Shown piece after piece: positions 41,410 to 57,000 of a stretch of DNA of 64,000 nt; position 1 is the first letter of the stretch, and each line of letters opens with the position of its first letter. Location of the stretch: contig OZ059899.1 of NCBI GenBank assembly GCA_964057225.1, forward strand, positions 18,972,001 through 19,036,000, in the 5' to 3' direction. The DNA comes from Auanema rhodensis (taxonomy: Eukaryota > Animalia > Nematoda). The position numbers were made by a program, and so were the translations under genes. Under the pieces are notes generated by a model that was given only the letters and a program-made list of their open reading frames with translations, was not told the origin of the DNA and ran no database searches.

Positions 41410-44400
41410 TTGAAAAAAGATGCATTAGTGTATGTTGAGTTTCCATGTACACTCAACATTGCTTCCAAAAACATTTTGACAAAAATTTTTCCGAAAAATT
41501 TCAAAATAATTTCGCAAAAAATAGAAGTTTTTAGATTCCTTTTTTCAAGGCAAAGACGAAGGACAATGTTATTCAACGAAAAAATTAATTCTGCAGAGTG
41601 AAAATCGAGGATATAAGTGTGAACTTATATCAGTTGATATCTCTGTGAATTTTTAAGCTAGCGCAAATCTGATAAAACAGATCGACGCAGCTTAAAAATC
41701 CGCATCGAATGCACTATACAACATTGAGAAACGCTTAATACAAAAATTAGTTATGATCGTTTGAAAAAAGATGCATTAGTGTATGTTGAGTTTCCATGTA
41801 CACTCAACATTGCTTCCAAAAACATTTTGACAAAAATTTTTCCGAAAAATTTCAAAATAATTTCGCAAAAAATAGAAGTTTTTAGATTCCTTTTTTCAAG
41901 GCAAAGACGATGGACAATGTTATTCAACGAAAAAATTAATTCTGCAGAGTGAAAATCGAGGATATAAGTGTGAACTTATATCAGTTGATATCTCGGTGAA
42001 TTTTTAAGCTAGCGCAAATCTGATAACACAGATCGACGCAGCTTAAAAATCCGCATCGAATGCACTATACAACATTGAGAAACGCTTAATACAAAAATTA
42101 GTTATGATCGTTTGAAAAAAGATGCATTAGTGTATGTTGAGTTTCCATGTACACTCAACATTGCTTCCAAAAACATTTTGACAAAAATTTTTCCGAAAAA
42201 TTTCAAAATAATTTCGCAAAAAGTAGATGTTTTTAGATTCCTTTTTTCAAGGCAAAGACGATGGACAATGTTATTCAACGAAAAAATTAATTCTGCAGGG
42301 TGAAAATCGAGGATATAAGTGTGAACTTATATCAGTTGATATCTCGGTGCATTTTTAAGCTAGCGCAAATCTGATAACACAGATCGACGCAGCTTAAAAA
42401 TCCGCATCGAATGCACTATACAACATTGAGAAACGCTTGATACAAAAATTAGTTATGATCGTTTGAAAAAAGATGCATTAGTGTATGTTGAGTTTCCATG
42501 TACACTCAACATTGCTTCCAAAAACATTTTGACAAAAATTTTTCCAAAAAATTTCAAAATAATTTCGCAAAAAGTAAATGTTTTTAGATTCCGTTTTTCA
42601 AGGCAAAGACGATGGACAATGTTATTCAACGAAAAAATTAATTCTGCAGAATGAAAATCGAGGATATAAGTGTGAACTTATATCAGTTGATATCTCGGTG
42701 CATTTTTAAGCTAGCGCAAATCTGATAACACAGATCGACGCAGCTTAAAAATCCGCATCGAATGCACTATACTACATTGAGAAACGCTTGATACAAAAAT
42801 TAGTTATGATCGTTTGAAAAATGATGCATTAGTGTATGTTGAGTTTCCATGTACACTCAACATTGCTTCCAAAAACATTTTGACAAAAATTTTTCCGAAA
42901 AATTTCAAAATAATTTCGCAAAAAGTAGATGTTTTTAGATTCCTTTTTTCAAGGCAAAGACGATGGACAATGTTATTCAACGAAAAAATTAATTCTCCAG
43001 GGTGAAAATCGAGGATGTAAGTGTGAACTTATATCAGTTGATATCTCGGTGCATTTTTAAGCTAGCGCAAATCTGATAACACAGATCGACGCAGCTTAAA
43101 AATCCGCATCGAATGCACTATACAACATTGAGAAACGCTTGATACAAAAATTAGTTATGATCGTTTGAAAAAAGATGCATTAGTGTATGTTGAGTTTCCA
43201 TGTACACTCAACATTGCTTCCAAAAACATTTTGACAAAAATTTTTCCAAAAAATTTCAAAATAATTTCGCAAAAAGTAAATGTTTTTAGATTCCGTTTTT
43301 CAAGGCAAAGACGATGGACAATGTTATTCAACGAAAAAATTAATTCTGCAGAATGAAAATCGAGGATATAAGTGTGAACTTATATCAGTTGATATCTCGG
43401 TGCATTTTTAAGCTAGCGCAAATCTGATAACACAGATCGACGCAGCTTAAAAATCCGCATCGAATGCACTATACTACATTGAGAAACGCTTGATACAAAA
43501 ATTAGTTATGATCGTTTGAAAAAAGATGCATTAGTGTATGTTGAGTTTCCATGTACACTCAACATTGCTTCCAAAAACATTTTGACAAAAATTTTTCCAA
43601 AAAATTTCAAAATAATTTCGCAAAAAGTAAATGTTTTTAGATTCCGTTTTTCAAGGCAAAGACGATGGACAATGTTATTCAACGAAAAAATTAATTCTGC
43701 AGAATGAAAATCGAGGATATAAGTGTGAACTTATATCAGTTGATATCTCGGTGCATTTTTAAGCTAGCGCAAATCTGATAACACAGATCGACGCAGCTTA
43801 AAAATCCGCATCGAATGCACTATACTACATTGAGAAACGCTTAATACAAAAATTAGTTATGATCGTTTGAAAAAAGATGCATTAGTGTATGTTGAGTTTC
43901 CATGTACACTCAACATTGCTTCCAAAAACATTTTGACAAAAATTTTTCCGAAAAATTTCAAAATAATTTCGCAAAAAGTAGATGTTTTTAGATTCCTTTT
44001 TTCAAGGCAAAGACGATGGACAATGTTATTTAACGAAAAAATTAATTCTGCAGGGTGAAAATCGAGGATATAAGTGTGAACTTATATCAGTTGATATCTC
44101 GGTGCATTTTTAAGCTAGCGCAAATCTGATAACACAGATCGACGCAGCTTAAAAATCCGCATCGAATGCACTATACTACATTGAGAAACGCTTAATACAA
44201 AAATTAGTTATGATCGTTTGAAAAAAGATGCATTAGTGTAAGTTGAGTTTCCATGTACACTCAACATTGCTTCCAAAAACATTTTGACAAAAATTTTTCC
44301 GAAAAATTTCAAAATAATTTCGCAAAAAGTAGATGTTTTCAGATTCCTTTTTTCAAGGCAAAAACGATGGACAAAGTTATTCAACGAAAAAATTAATTCT

Positions 44401-47400
44401 GCAGGGTGAAAATCGAGGATATAAGTGTGAACTTATATCAGTTGATATCTCGGTGCATTTTTAAGCTAGCGCAAATCTGATAACACAGATCGACGCAGCT
44501 TAAAAATCCGCATCGAATGCACTATACTACATTGAGAAACGCTTGATACAAAAATTAGTTATGATCGTTTGAAAAAAGATGCATTAGTGTATGTTGAGTT
44601 TCCATGTACACTCAACATTGCTTCCAAAAACATTTTGACAAAAATTTTTCCAAAAAATTTCAAAATAATTTCGCAAAAAGTAAATGTTTTTAGATTCCGT
44701 TTTTCAAGGCAAAGACGATGGACAATGTTATTCAACGAAAAAATTAATTCTGCAGAATGAAAATCGAGGATATAAGTGTGAACTTATATCAGTTGATATC
44801 TCGGTGCATTTTTAAGCTAGCGCAAATCTGATAACACAGATCGACGCAGCTTAAAAATCCGCATCGAATGCACTATACTACATTGAGAAACGCTTAATAC
44901 AAAAATTAGTTATGATCGTTTGAAAAAAGATGCATTAGTGTATGTTGAGTTTCCATGTACACTCAACATTGCTTCCAAAAACATTTTGACAAAAATTTTT
45001 CCGAAAAATTTCAAAATAATTTCGCAAAAAGTAGATGTTTTTAGATTCCTTTTTTCAAGGCAAAGACGATGGACAATGTTATTCAACGAAAAAATTAATT
45101 CTGCAGAATGAAAATCGAGGATATAAGTGTGAACTTATATCAGTTGATATCTCGGTGCATTTTTAAGCTAGCGCAAATCTGATAACACAGATCGACGCAG
45201 CTTAAAAATCCGCATCGAATGCACTATACTACATTGAGAAACGCTTAATACAAAAATTAGTTATGATCGTTTGAAAAAAGATGCATTAGTGTAAGTTGAG
45301 TTTCCATGTACACTCAACATTGCTTCCAAAAACATTTTGACAAAAATTTTTCCGAAAAATTTCAAAATAATTTCGCAAAAAGTAGATGTTTTCAGATTCC
45401 TTTTTTCAAGGCAAAAACGATGGACAAAGGTATTCAACGAAAAAATTAATTCTGCAGGGTGAAAATCGAGGATATAAGTGTGAACTTATATCAGTTGATA
45501 TCTCGGTGCATTTTTAAGCTAGCGCAAATCTGATAACACAGATCGACGCAGCTTAAAAATCCGCATCGAATGCACTATACTACATTGAGAAACGCTTGAT
45601 ACAAAAATTAGTTATGATCGTTTGAAAAAAGATGCATTAGTGTATGTTGAGTTTCCATGTACACTCAACATTGCTTCCAAAAACATTTTGACAAAAATTT
45701 TTCCAAAAAATTTCAAAATAATTTCGCAAAAAGTAAATGTTTTTAGATTCCGTTTTTCAAGGCAAAGACGATGGACAATGTTATTCAACGAAAAAATTAA
45801 TTCTGCAGAATGAAAATCGAGGATATAAGTGTGAACTTATATCAGTTGATATCTCGGTGCATTTTTAAGCTAGCGCAAATCTGATAACACAGATCGACGC
45901 AGCTTAAAAATCCGCATCGAATGCACTATACTACATTGAGAAACGCTTAATACAAAAATTAGTTATGATCGTTTGAAAAAAGATGCATTAGTGTATGTTG
46001 AGTTTCCATGTACACTCAACATTGCTTCCAAAAACATTTTGACAAAAATTTTTCCGAAAAATTTCAAAATAATTTCGCAAAAAGTAGATGTTTTTAGATT
46101 CCTTTTTTCAAGGCAAAGACGATGGACAATGTTATTTAACGAAAAAATTAATTCTGCAGGGTGAAAATCGAGGATATAAGTGTGAACTTATATCAGTTGA
46201 TATCTCGGTGCATTTTTAAGCTAGCGCAAATCTGATAACACAGATCGACGCAGCTTAAAAATCCGCATCGAATGCACTATACTACATTGAGAAACGCTTG
46301 ATACAAAAATTAGTTATGATCGTTTGAAAAAAGATGCATTAGTGTATGTTGAGTTTCCATGTACACTCAACATTGCTTCCAAAAACATTTTGACAAAAAT
46401 TTTTCCAAAAAATTTCAAAATAATTTCGCAAAAAGTAAATGTTTTTAGATTCCGTTTTTCAAGGCAAAGACGATGGACAATGTTATTCAACGAAAAAATT
46501 AATTCTGCAGAATGAAAATCGAGGATATAAGTGTGAACTTATATCAGTTGATATCTCGGTGCATTTTTAAGCTAGCGCAAATCTGATAACACAGATCGAC
46601 GCAGCTTAAAAATCCGCATCGAATGCACTATACTACATTGAGAAACGCTTAATACAAAAATTAGTTATGATCGTTTGAAAAAAGATGCATTAGTGTATGT
46701 TGAGTTTCCATGTACACTCAACATTGCTTCCAAAAACATTTTGACAAAAATTTTTCCGAAAAATTTCAAAATAATTTCGCAAAAAGTAGATGTTTTTAGA
46801 TTCCTTTTTTCAAGGCAAAGACGATGGACAATGTTATTTAACGAAAAAATTAATTCTGCAGGGTGAAAATCGAGGATATAAGTGTGAACTTATATCAGTT
46901 GATATCTCGGTGCATTTTTAAGCTAGCGCAAATCTGATAACACAGATCGACGCAGCTTAAAAATCCGCATCGAATGCACTATACTACATTGAGAAACGCT
47001 TAATACAAAAATTAGTTATGATCGTTTGAAAAAAGATGCATTAGTGTAAGTTGAGTTTCCATGTACACTCAACATTGCTTCCAAAAACATTTTGACAAAA
47101 ATTTTTCCGAAAAATTTCAAAATAATTTCGCAAAAAGTAGATGTTTTCAGATTCCTTTTTTCAAGGCAAAAACGATGGACAAAGTTATTCAACGAAAAAA
47201 TTAATTCTGCAGGGTGAAAATCGAGGATATAAGTGTGAACTTATATCAGTTGATATCTCGGTGCATTTTTAAGCTAGCGCAAATCTGATAACACAGATCG
47301 ACGCAGCTTAAAAATCCGCATCGAATGCACTATACTACATTGAGAAACGCTTGATACAAAAATTAGTTATGATCGTTTGAAAAAAGATGCATTAGTGTAT

Positions 47401-48078
47401 GTTGAGTTTCCATGTACACTCAACATTGCTTCCAAAAACATTTTGACAAAAATTTTTCCAAAAAATTTCAAAATAATTTCGCAAAAAGTAAATGTTTTTA
47501 GATTCCGTTTTTCAAGGCAAAGACGATGGACAATGTTATTCAACGAAAAAATTAATTCTGCAGAATGAAAATCGAGGATATAAGTGTGAACTTATATCAG
47601 TTGATATCTCGGTGCATTTTTAAGCTAGCGCAAATCTGATAACACAGATCGACGCAGCTTAAAAATCCGCATCGAATGCACTATACTACATTGAGAAACG
47701 CTTAATACAAAAATTAGTTATGATCGTTTGAAAAAAGATGCATTAGTGTAAGTTGAGTTTCCATGTACACTCAACATTGCTTCCAAAAACATTTTGACAA
47801 AAATTTTTCCGAAAAATTTCAAAATAATTTCGCAAAAAGTAGATGTTTTCAGATTCCTTTTTTCAAGGCAAAAACGATGGACAAAGTTATTCAACGAAAA
47901 AATTAATTCTGCAGGGTGAAAATCGAGGATATAAGTGTGAACTTATATCAGTTGATATCTCGGTGCATTTTTAAGCTAGCGCAAATCTGATAACACAGAT
48001 CGACGCAGCTTAAAAATCCGCATCGAATGCACTATACTACATTGAGAAACGCTTGATACAAAAATTAGTTATGATCGT

Positions 48079-51000
48079 TTGAAAAAAGATGCATTAGTGT
48101 ATGTTGAGTTTCCATGTACACTCAACATTGCTTCCAAAAACATTTTGACAAAAATTTTTCCAAAAAATTTCAAAATAATTTCGCAAAAAGTAAATGTTTT
48201 TAGATTCCGTTTTTCAAGGCAAAGACGATGGACAATGTTATTCAACGAAAAAATTAATTCTGCAGAATGAAAATCGAGGATATAAGTGTGAACTTATATC
48301 AGTTGATATCTCGGTGCATTTTTAAGCTAGCGCAAATCTGATAACACAGATCGACGCAGCTTAAAAATCCGCATCGAATGCACTATACTACATTGAGAAA
48401 CGCTTAATACAAAAATTAGTTATGATCGTTTGAAAAAAGATGCATTAGTGTATGTTGAGTTTCCATGTACACTCAACATTGCTTCCAAAAACATTTTGAC
48501 AAAAATTTTTCCGAAAAATTTCAAAATAATTTCGCAAAAAGTAGATGTTTTTAGATTCCTTTTTTCAAGGCAAAGACGATGGACAATGTTATTCAACGAA
48601 AAAATTAATTCTGCAGGGTGAAAATCGAGGATATAAGTGTGAACTTATATCAGTTGATATCTCGGTGCATTTTTAAGCTAGCGCAAATCTGATAACACAG
48701 ATCGACGCAGCTTAAAAATCCGCATCGAATGCACTATACAACATTGAGAAACGCTTGATACAAAAATTAGTTATGATCGTTTGAAAAAAGATGCATTAGT
48801 GTATGTTGAGTTTCCATGTACACTCAACATTGCTTCCAAAAACATTTTGACAAAAATTTTTCCAAAAAATTTCAAAATAATTTCGCAAAAAGTAAATGTT
48901 TTTAGATTCCGTTTTTCAAGGCAAAGACGATGGACAATGTTATTCAACGAAAAAATTAATTCTGCAGAATGAAAATCGAGGATATAAGTGTGAACTTATA
49001 TCAGTTGATATCTCGGTGCATTTTTAAGCTAGCGCAAATCTGATAACACAGATCGACGCAGCTTAAAAATCCGCATCGAGTGCACTATACTACATTGAGA
49101 AACGCTTGATACAAAAATTAGTTATGATCGTTTGAAAAAAGATGCATTAGTGTATGTTGAGTTTCCATGTACACTCAACATTGCTTCCAAAAACATTTTG
49201 ACAAAAATTTTTCCAAAAAATTTCAAAATAATTTCGCAAAAAGTAAATGTTTTTAGATTCCGTTTCTCAAGGCAAAGACGATGGACAATGTTATTCAACG
49301 AAAAAATTAATTCTGCAGAATGAAAATCGAGGATATAAGTGTGAACTTATATCAGTTGATATCTCGGTGCGTTTTCAAGCTAGCGCAAATCTGATAACAC
49401 AGATCGACGCAGCTTAAAAATCCTTATCGAATGCACTATACAACATTGAGAAACGCTTAATACAAAAATTAGTTATGATCGTTTGAAAAAAGATGCATTA
49501 GTGTATGTTGAGTTTCCATGTACACTCAACATTGCTTCCAAAAACATTTTGACAAAAATTTTTCCAAAAAATTTCAAAATAATTTCGCAAAAAGTAGATG
49601 TTTTTAGATTCCTTTTTTCAAGGCAAAGACGATGGACAATGTTATTCAACGAAAAATTTAATTCTCCAGGGTGAAAATCGAGGATGTAAGTGTGAATTTA
49701 TATAAGTTGATATCTCGGTGCATTTTTAAGCTAGCGCAAATCTGATAACACAGATCGACGCAGCGTAAAAATCCGCATCGAATGCACTATACAACATTGA
49801 GAAACGCTTAATACAAAAATTAGTTATGATCGTTTGAAAAATGATGCATTAGTGTATGTTGAGTTTCCATGTACACTCAACATTGCTTCCAAAAACATTT
49901 TGACAAAAATTTTTCCAAAAAATTTCAAAATAATTTCGCAAAAAGTAAATGTTTTTAGATTCCGTTTCTCAAGGCAAAGACGATGGATAATGTTATTCAA
50001 CGAAAAAATTAATTCTGCAGAATGAAAATCGAGGATATAAGTGTGAATTTATATAAGTTGATATCTCGGTGCATTTTTAAGCTAGCGCAAATCTGATAAC
50101 ACAGATCGACGCAGCGTAAAAATCCGCATCGAATGCACTATACAACATTGAGAAACGCTTAATACAAAAATTAGTTATGATCGTTTGAAAAATGATGCAT
50201 TAGTGTATGTTGAGTTTCCATGTACACTCAACATTGCTTCCAAAAACATTTTGACAAAACTTTTTCCGGAAAATTTCAAAATAATTTCGCAAAAAGTAGA
50301 TGTTTTTAGATTCCTTTTTTCAAGGCAAAGACGATGGACAATGTTATTCAACGAAAAATTTAATTCTCCAGGGTGAAAATCGAGGATGTTAGTGTGAACT
50401 TATATCAGTTGATATCTCGGTGCATTTTTAAGCTAGCGCAAATCTGATAACACAGATCGACGCAGCTTAAAAATCCGCATCGAATGCACTATACAACATT
50501 GAGAAACGCTTGATACAAAAATTAGTTATGATCGTTTGAAAAAAGATGCATTAGTGTATGTTGAGTTTCCATGTACACTCAACATTGCTTCCAAAAACAT
50601 TTTGACAAAAATTTTTCCAAAAAATTTCAAAATAATTTCGCAAAAAGTAAATGTTTTTAGATTCCGTTTCTCAAGGCAAAGACGATGGACAATGTTATTC
50701 AACGAAAAAATTAATTCTGCAGAATGAAAATCGAGGATATAAGTGTGAACTTATATCAGTTGATATCTCGGTGAATTTTTAAGCTAGCGCAAATCTGATA
50801 ACACAGATCGACGCAGCTTAAAAATCCCCATCGAATGCACTATATTACATTGAGAAACGCTTAATACAAAAATTAGTTATGATCGTTTGAAAAAAGATGC
50901 ATTAGTGTAAGTTGAGTTTCCATGTACACTCAACATTGCTTCCAAAAACATTTTGACAAAAATTTTTCCGAAAAATTTCAAAATAATTTCGCAAAAAGTA

Positions 51001-54000
51001 GATGTTTTTAGATTCCTTTTTTCAAGGCAAAGACGATGGACAAAGTTATTCAACGAAAAAATTAATTCTGCAGGGTGAAAATCGAGGATATAAGTGTGAA
51101 CTTATATCAGTTGATATCTCGGTGCATTTTTAAGCTAGCGCAAATCTGATAACACAGATCGACGCAGCTTAAAAATCCGCATCGAATGCACTATACAACA
51201 TTGAGAAACGCTTAATACAAAAATTAGTTATGATCGTTTGAAAAATGATGCATTAGTGTATGTTGAGTTTCCATGTACACTCAACATTGCTTCCAAAAAC
51301 ATTTTGACAAAAATTTTTCCGAAAAATTTCAAAATAATTTCGCAAAAAGTAGATGTTTTTAGATTCCTTTTTTCAAGGCAAAGACGATGGACAATGTTAT
51401 TCAACGAAAAAATTAATTCTGCAGGGTGAAAATCGAGGATATAAGTGTGAACTTATATCAGTTGATATCTCGGTGCATTTTTAAGCTAGCGCAAATCTGA
51501 TAACACAGATCGACGCAGCTTAAAAATCCGCATCGAATGCACTATACAACATTGAGAAACGCTTAATACAAAAATTAGTTATGATCGTTTGAAAAATGAT
51601 GCATTAGTGTATGTTGAGTTTCCATGTACACTCAACATTGCTTCCAAAAACATTTTGACAAAAATTTTTCCGAAAAATTTCAAAATAATTTCGCAAAAAG
51701 TAGATGTTTTTAGATTCCTTTTTCCAAGGCAAAGACGATGGACAATGTTATTCAACGAAAAAATTAATTCTCCAGGGTGAAAATCGAGGATGTAAGTGTG
51801 AACTTATATCAGTTGATATCTCGGTGCATTTTTAAGCTAGCGCAAATCTGATAACACAGATCGACGCAGCTTAAAAATCCGCATCGAATGCACTATACAA
51901 CATTGAGAAACGCTTGATACAAAAATTAGTTATGATCGTTTGAAAAAAGATGCATTAGTGTATGTTGAGTTTCCATGTACACTCAACATTGCTTCCAAAA
52001 ACATTTTGACAAAAATTTTTCCAAAAAATTTCAAAATAATTTCGCAAAAAGTAAATGTTTTTAGATTCCGTTTTTCAAGGCAAAGACGATGGACAATGTT
52101 ATTCAACGAAAAAATTAATTCTGCAGAATGAAAATCGAGGATATAAGTGTGAACTTATATCAGTTGATATCTCGGTGCATTTTTAAGCTAGCGCAAATCT
52201 GATAACACAGATCGACGCAGCTTAAAAATCCGCATCGAATGCACTATACTACATTGAGAAACGCTTGATACAAAAATTAGTTATGATCGTTTGAAAAAAG
52301 ATGCATTAGTGTATGTTGAGTTTCCATGTACACTCAACATTGCTTCCAAAAACATTTTGACAAAAATTTTTCCAAAAAATTTCAAAATAATTTCGCAAAA
52401 AGTAAATGTTTTTAGATTCCGTTTTTCAAGGCAAAGACGATGGACAATGTTATTCAACGAAAAAATTAATTCTGCAGAATGAAAATCGAGGATATAAGTG
52501 TGAACTTATATCAGTTGATATCTCGGTGCATTTTTAAGCTAGCGCAAATCTGATAACACAGATCGACGCAGCTTAAAAATCCGCATCGAATGCACTATAC
52601 TACATTGAGAAACGCTTAATACAAAAATTAGTTATGATCGTTTGAAAAAAGATGCATTAGTGTAAGTTGAGTTTCCATGTACACTCAACATTGCTTCCAA
52701 AAACATTTTGACAAAAATTTTTCCGAAAAATTTCAAAATAATTTCGCAAAAAGTAGATGTTTTCAGATTCCTTTTTTCAAGGCAAAAACGATGGACAAAG
52801 TTATTCAACGAAAAAATTAATTCTGCAGGGTGAAAATCGAGGATATAAGTGTGAACTTATATCAGTTGATATCTCGGTGCATTTTTAAGCTAGCGCAAAT
52901 CTGATAACACAGATCGACGCAGCTTAAAAATCCGCATCGAATGCACTATACTACATTGAGAAACGCTTGATACAAAAATTAGTTATGATCGTTTGAAAAA
53001 AGATGCATTAGTGTATGTTGAGTTTCCATGTACACTCAACATTGCTTCCAAAAACATTTTGACAAAAATTTTTCCAAAAAATTTCAAAATAATTTCGCAA
53101 AAAGTAAATGTTTTTAGATTCCGTTTTTCAAGGCAAAGACGATGGACAATGTTATTCAACGAAAAAATTAATTCTGCAGAATGAAAATCGAGGATATAAG
53201 TGTGAACTTATATCAGTTGATATCTCGGTGCATTTTTAAGCTAGCGCAAATCTGATAACACAGATCGACGCAGCTTAAAAATCCGCATCGAATGCACTAT
53301 ACTACATTGAGAAACGCTTAATACAAAAATTAGTTATGATCGTTTGAAAAAAGATGCATTAGTGTATGTTGAGTTTCCATGTACACTCAACATTGCTTCC
53401 AAAAACATTTTGACAAAAATTTTTCCAAAAAATTTCAAAATAATTTCGCAAAAAGTAAATGTTTTTAGATTCCGTTTTTCAAGGCAAAGACGATGGACAA
53501 TGTTATTCAACGAAAAAATTAATTCTGCAGAATGAAAATCGAGGATATAAGTGTGAACTTATATCAGTTGATATCTCGGTGCATTTTTAAGCTAGCGCAA
53601 ATCTGATAACACAGATCGACGCAGCTTAAAAATCCGCATCGAATGCACTATACTACATTGAGAAACGCTTAATACAAAAATTAGTTATGATCGTTTGAAA
53701 AAAGATGCATTAGTGTATGTTGAGTTTCCATGTACACTCAACATTGCTTCCAAAAACATTTTGACAAAAATTTTTCCGAAAAATTTCAAAATAATTTCGC
53801 AAAAAGTAGATGTTTTTAGATTCCTTTTTTCAAGGCAAAGACGATGGACAATGTTATTCAACGAAAAAATTAATTCTGCAGAATGAAAATCGAGGATATA
53901 AGTGTGAACTTATATCAGTTGATATCTCGGTGCATTTTTAAGCTAGCGCAAATCTGATAACACAGATCGACGCAGCTTAAAAATCCGCATCGAATGCACT

Positions 54001-57000
54001 ATACTACATTGAGAAACGCTTAATACAAAAATTAGTTATGATCGTTTGAAAAAAGATGCATTAGTGTATGTTGAGTTTCCATGTACACTCAACATTGCTT
54101 CCAAAAACATTTTGACAAAAATTTTTCCAAAAAATTTCAAAATAATTTCGCAAAAAGTAAATGTTTTTAGATTCCGTTTTTCAAGGCAAAGACGATGGAC
54201 AATGTTATTCAACGAAAAAATTAATTCTGCAGAATGAAAATCGAGGATATAAGTGTGAACTTATATCAGTTGATATCTCGGTGCATTTTTAAGCTAGCGC
54301 AAATCTGATAACACAGATCGACGCAGCTTAAAAATCCGCATCGAATGCACTATACTACATTGAGAAACGCTTAATACAAAAATTAGTTATGATCGTTTGA
54401 AAAAAGATGCATTAGTGTATGTTGAGTTTCCATGTACACTCAACATTGCTTCCAAAAACATTTTGACAAAAATTTTTCCGAAAAATTTCAAAATAATTTC
54501 GCAAAAAGTAGATGTTTTTAGATTCCTTTTTTCAAGGCAAAGACGATGGACAATGTTATTCAACGAAAAAATTAATTCTGCAGAATGAAAATCGAGGATA
54601 TAAGTGTGAACTTATATCAGTTGATATCTCGGTGCATTTTTAAGCTAGCGCAAATCTGATAACACAGATCGACGCAGCTTAAAAATCCGCATCGAATGCA
54701 CTATACTACATTGAGAAACGCTTAATACAAAAATTAGTTATGATCGTTTGAAAAAAGATGCATTAGTGTAAGTTGAGTTTCCATGTACACTCAACATTGC
54801 TTCCAAAAACATTTTGACAAAAATTTTTCCGAAAAATTTCAAAATAATTTCGCAAAAAGTAGATGTTTTCAGATTCCTTTTTTCAAGGCAAAAACGATGG
54901 ACAAAGTTATTCAACGAAAAAATTAATTCTGCAGGGTGAAAATCGAGGATATAAGTGTGAACTTATATCAGTTGATATCTCGGTGCATTTTTAAGCTAGC
55001 GCAAATCTGATAACACAGATCGACGCAGCTTAAAAATCCGCATCGAATGCACTATACTACATTGAGAAACGCTTGATACAAAAATTAGTTATGATCGTTT
55101 GAAAAAAGATGCATTAGTGTATGTTGAGTTTCCATGTACACTCAACATTGCTTCCAAAAACATTTTGACAAAAATTTTTCCAAAAAATTTCAAAATAATT
55201 TCGCAAAAAGTAAATGTTTTTAGATTCCGTTTTTCAAGGCAAAGACGATGGACAATGTTATTCAACGAAAAAATTAATTCTGCAGAATGAAAATCGAGGA
55301 TATAAGTGTGAACTTATATCAGTTGATATCTCGGTGCATTTTTAAGCTAGCGCAAATCTGATAACACAGATCGACGCAGCTTAAAAATCCGCATCGAATG
55401 CACTATACTACATTGAGAAACGCTTAATACAAAAATTAGTTATGATCGTTTGAAAAAAGATGCATTAGTGTATGTTGAGTTTCCATGTACACTCAACATT
55501 GCTTCCAAAAACATTTTGACAAAAATTTTTCCGAAAAATTTCAAAATAATTTCGCAAAAAGTAGATGTTTTTAGATTCCTTTTTTCAAGGCAAAGACGAT
55601 GGACAATGTTATTCAACGAAAAAATTAATTCTGCAGGGTGAAAATCGAGGATATAAGTGTGAACTTATATCAGTTGATATCTCGGTGCATTTTTAAGCTA
55701 GCGCAAATCTGATAACACAGATCGACGCAGCTTAAAAATCCGCATCGAATGCACTATACAACATTGAGAAACGCTTGATACAAAAATTAGTTATGATCGT
55801 TTGAAAAAAGATGCATTAGTGTATGTTGAGTTTCCATGTACACTCAACATTGCTTCCAAAAACATTTTGACAAAAATTTTTCCAAAAAATTTCAAAATAA
55901 TTTCGCAAAAAGTAAATGTTTTTAGATTCCGTTTTTCAAGGCAAAGACGATGGACAATGTTATTCAACGAAAAAATTAATTCTGCAGAATGAAAATCGAG
56001 GATATAAGTGTGAACTTATATCAGTTGATATCTCGGTGCATTTTTAAGCTAGCGCAAATCTGATAACACAGATCGACGCAGCTTAAAAATCCGCATCGAA
56101 TGCACTATACTACATTGAAAAACGCTTAATACAAAAATTAGTTATGATCGTTTGAAAAAAGATGCATTAGTGTATGTTGAGTTTCCATGTACACTCAACA
56201 TTGCTTCCAAAAACATTTTGACAAAAATTTTTCCGAAAAATTTCAAAATAATTTCGCAAAAAGTAGATGTTTTTAGATTCCTTTTTTCAAGGCAAAGACG
56301 ATGGACAATGTTATTCAACGAAAAAATTAATTCTGCAGGGTGAAAATCGAGGATATAAGTGTGAACTTATATCAGTTGATATCTCGGTGCATTTTTAAGC
56401 TAGCGCAAATCTGATAACACAGATCGACGCAGCTTAAAAATCCGCATCGAATGCACTATACAACATTGAGAAACGCTTGATACAAAAATTAGTTATGATC
56501 GTTTGAAAAAAGATGCATTAGTGTATGTTGAGTTTCCATGTACACTCAACATTGCTTCCAAAAACATTTTGACAAAAATTTTTCCAAAAAATTTCAAAAT
56601 AATTTCGCAAAAAGTAAATGTTTTTAGATTCCGTTTTTCAAGGCAAAGACGATGGACAATGTTATTCAACGAAAAAATTAATTCTGCAGAATGAAAATCG
56701 AGGATATAAGTGTGAACTTATATCAGTTGATATCTCGGTGCATTTTTAAGCTAGCGCAAATCTGATAACACAGATCGACGCAGCTTAAAAATCCGCATCG
56801 AATGCACTATACTACATTGAGAAACGCTTGATACAAAAATTAGTTATGATCGTTTGAAAAAAGATGCATTAGTGTATGTTGAGTTTCCATGTACACTCAA
56901 CATTGCTTCCAAAAACATTTTGACAAAAATTTTTCCAAAAAATTTCAAAATAATTTCGCAAAAAGTAAATGTTTTTAGATTCCGTTTCTCAAGGCAAAGA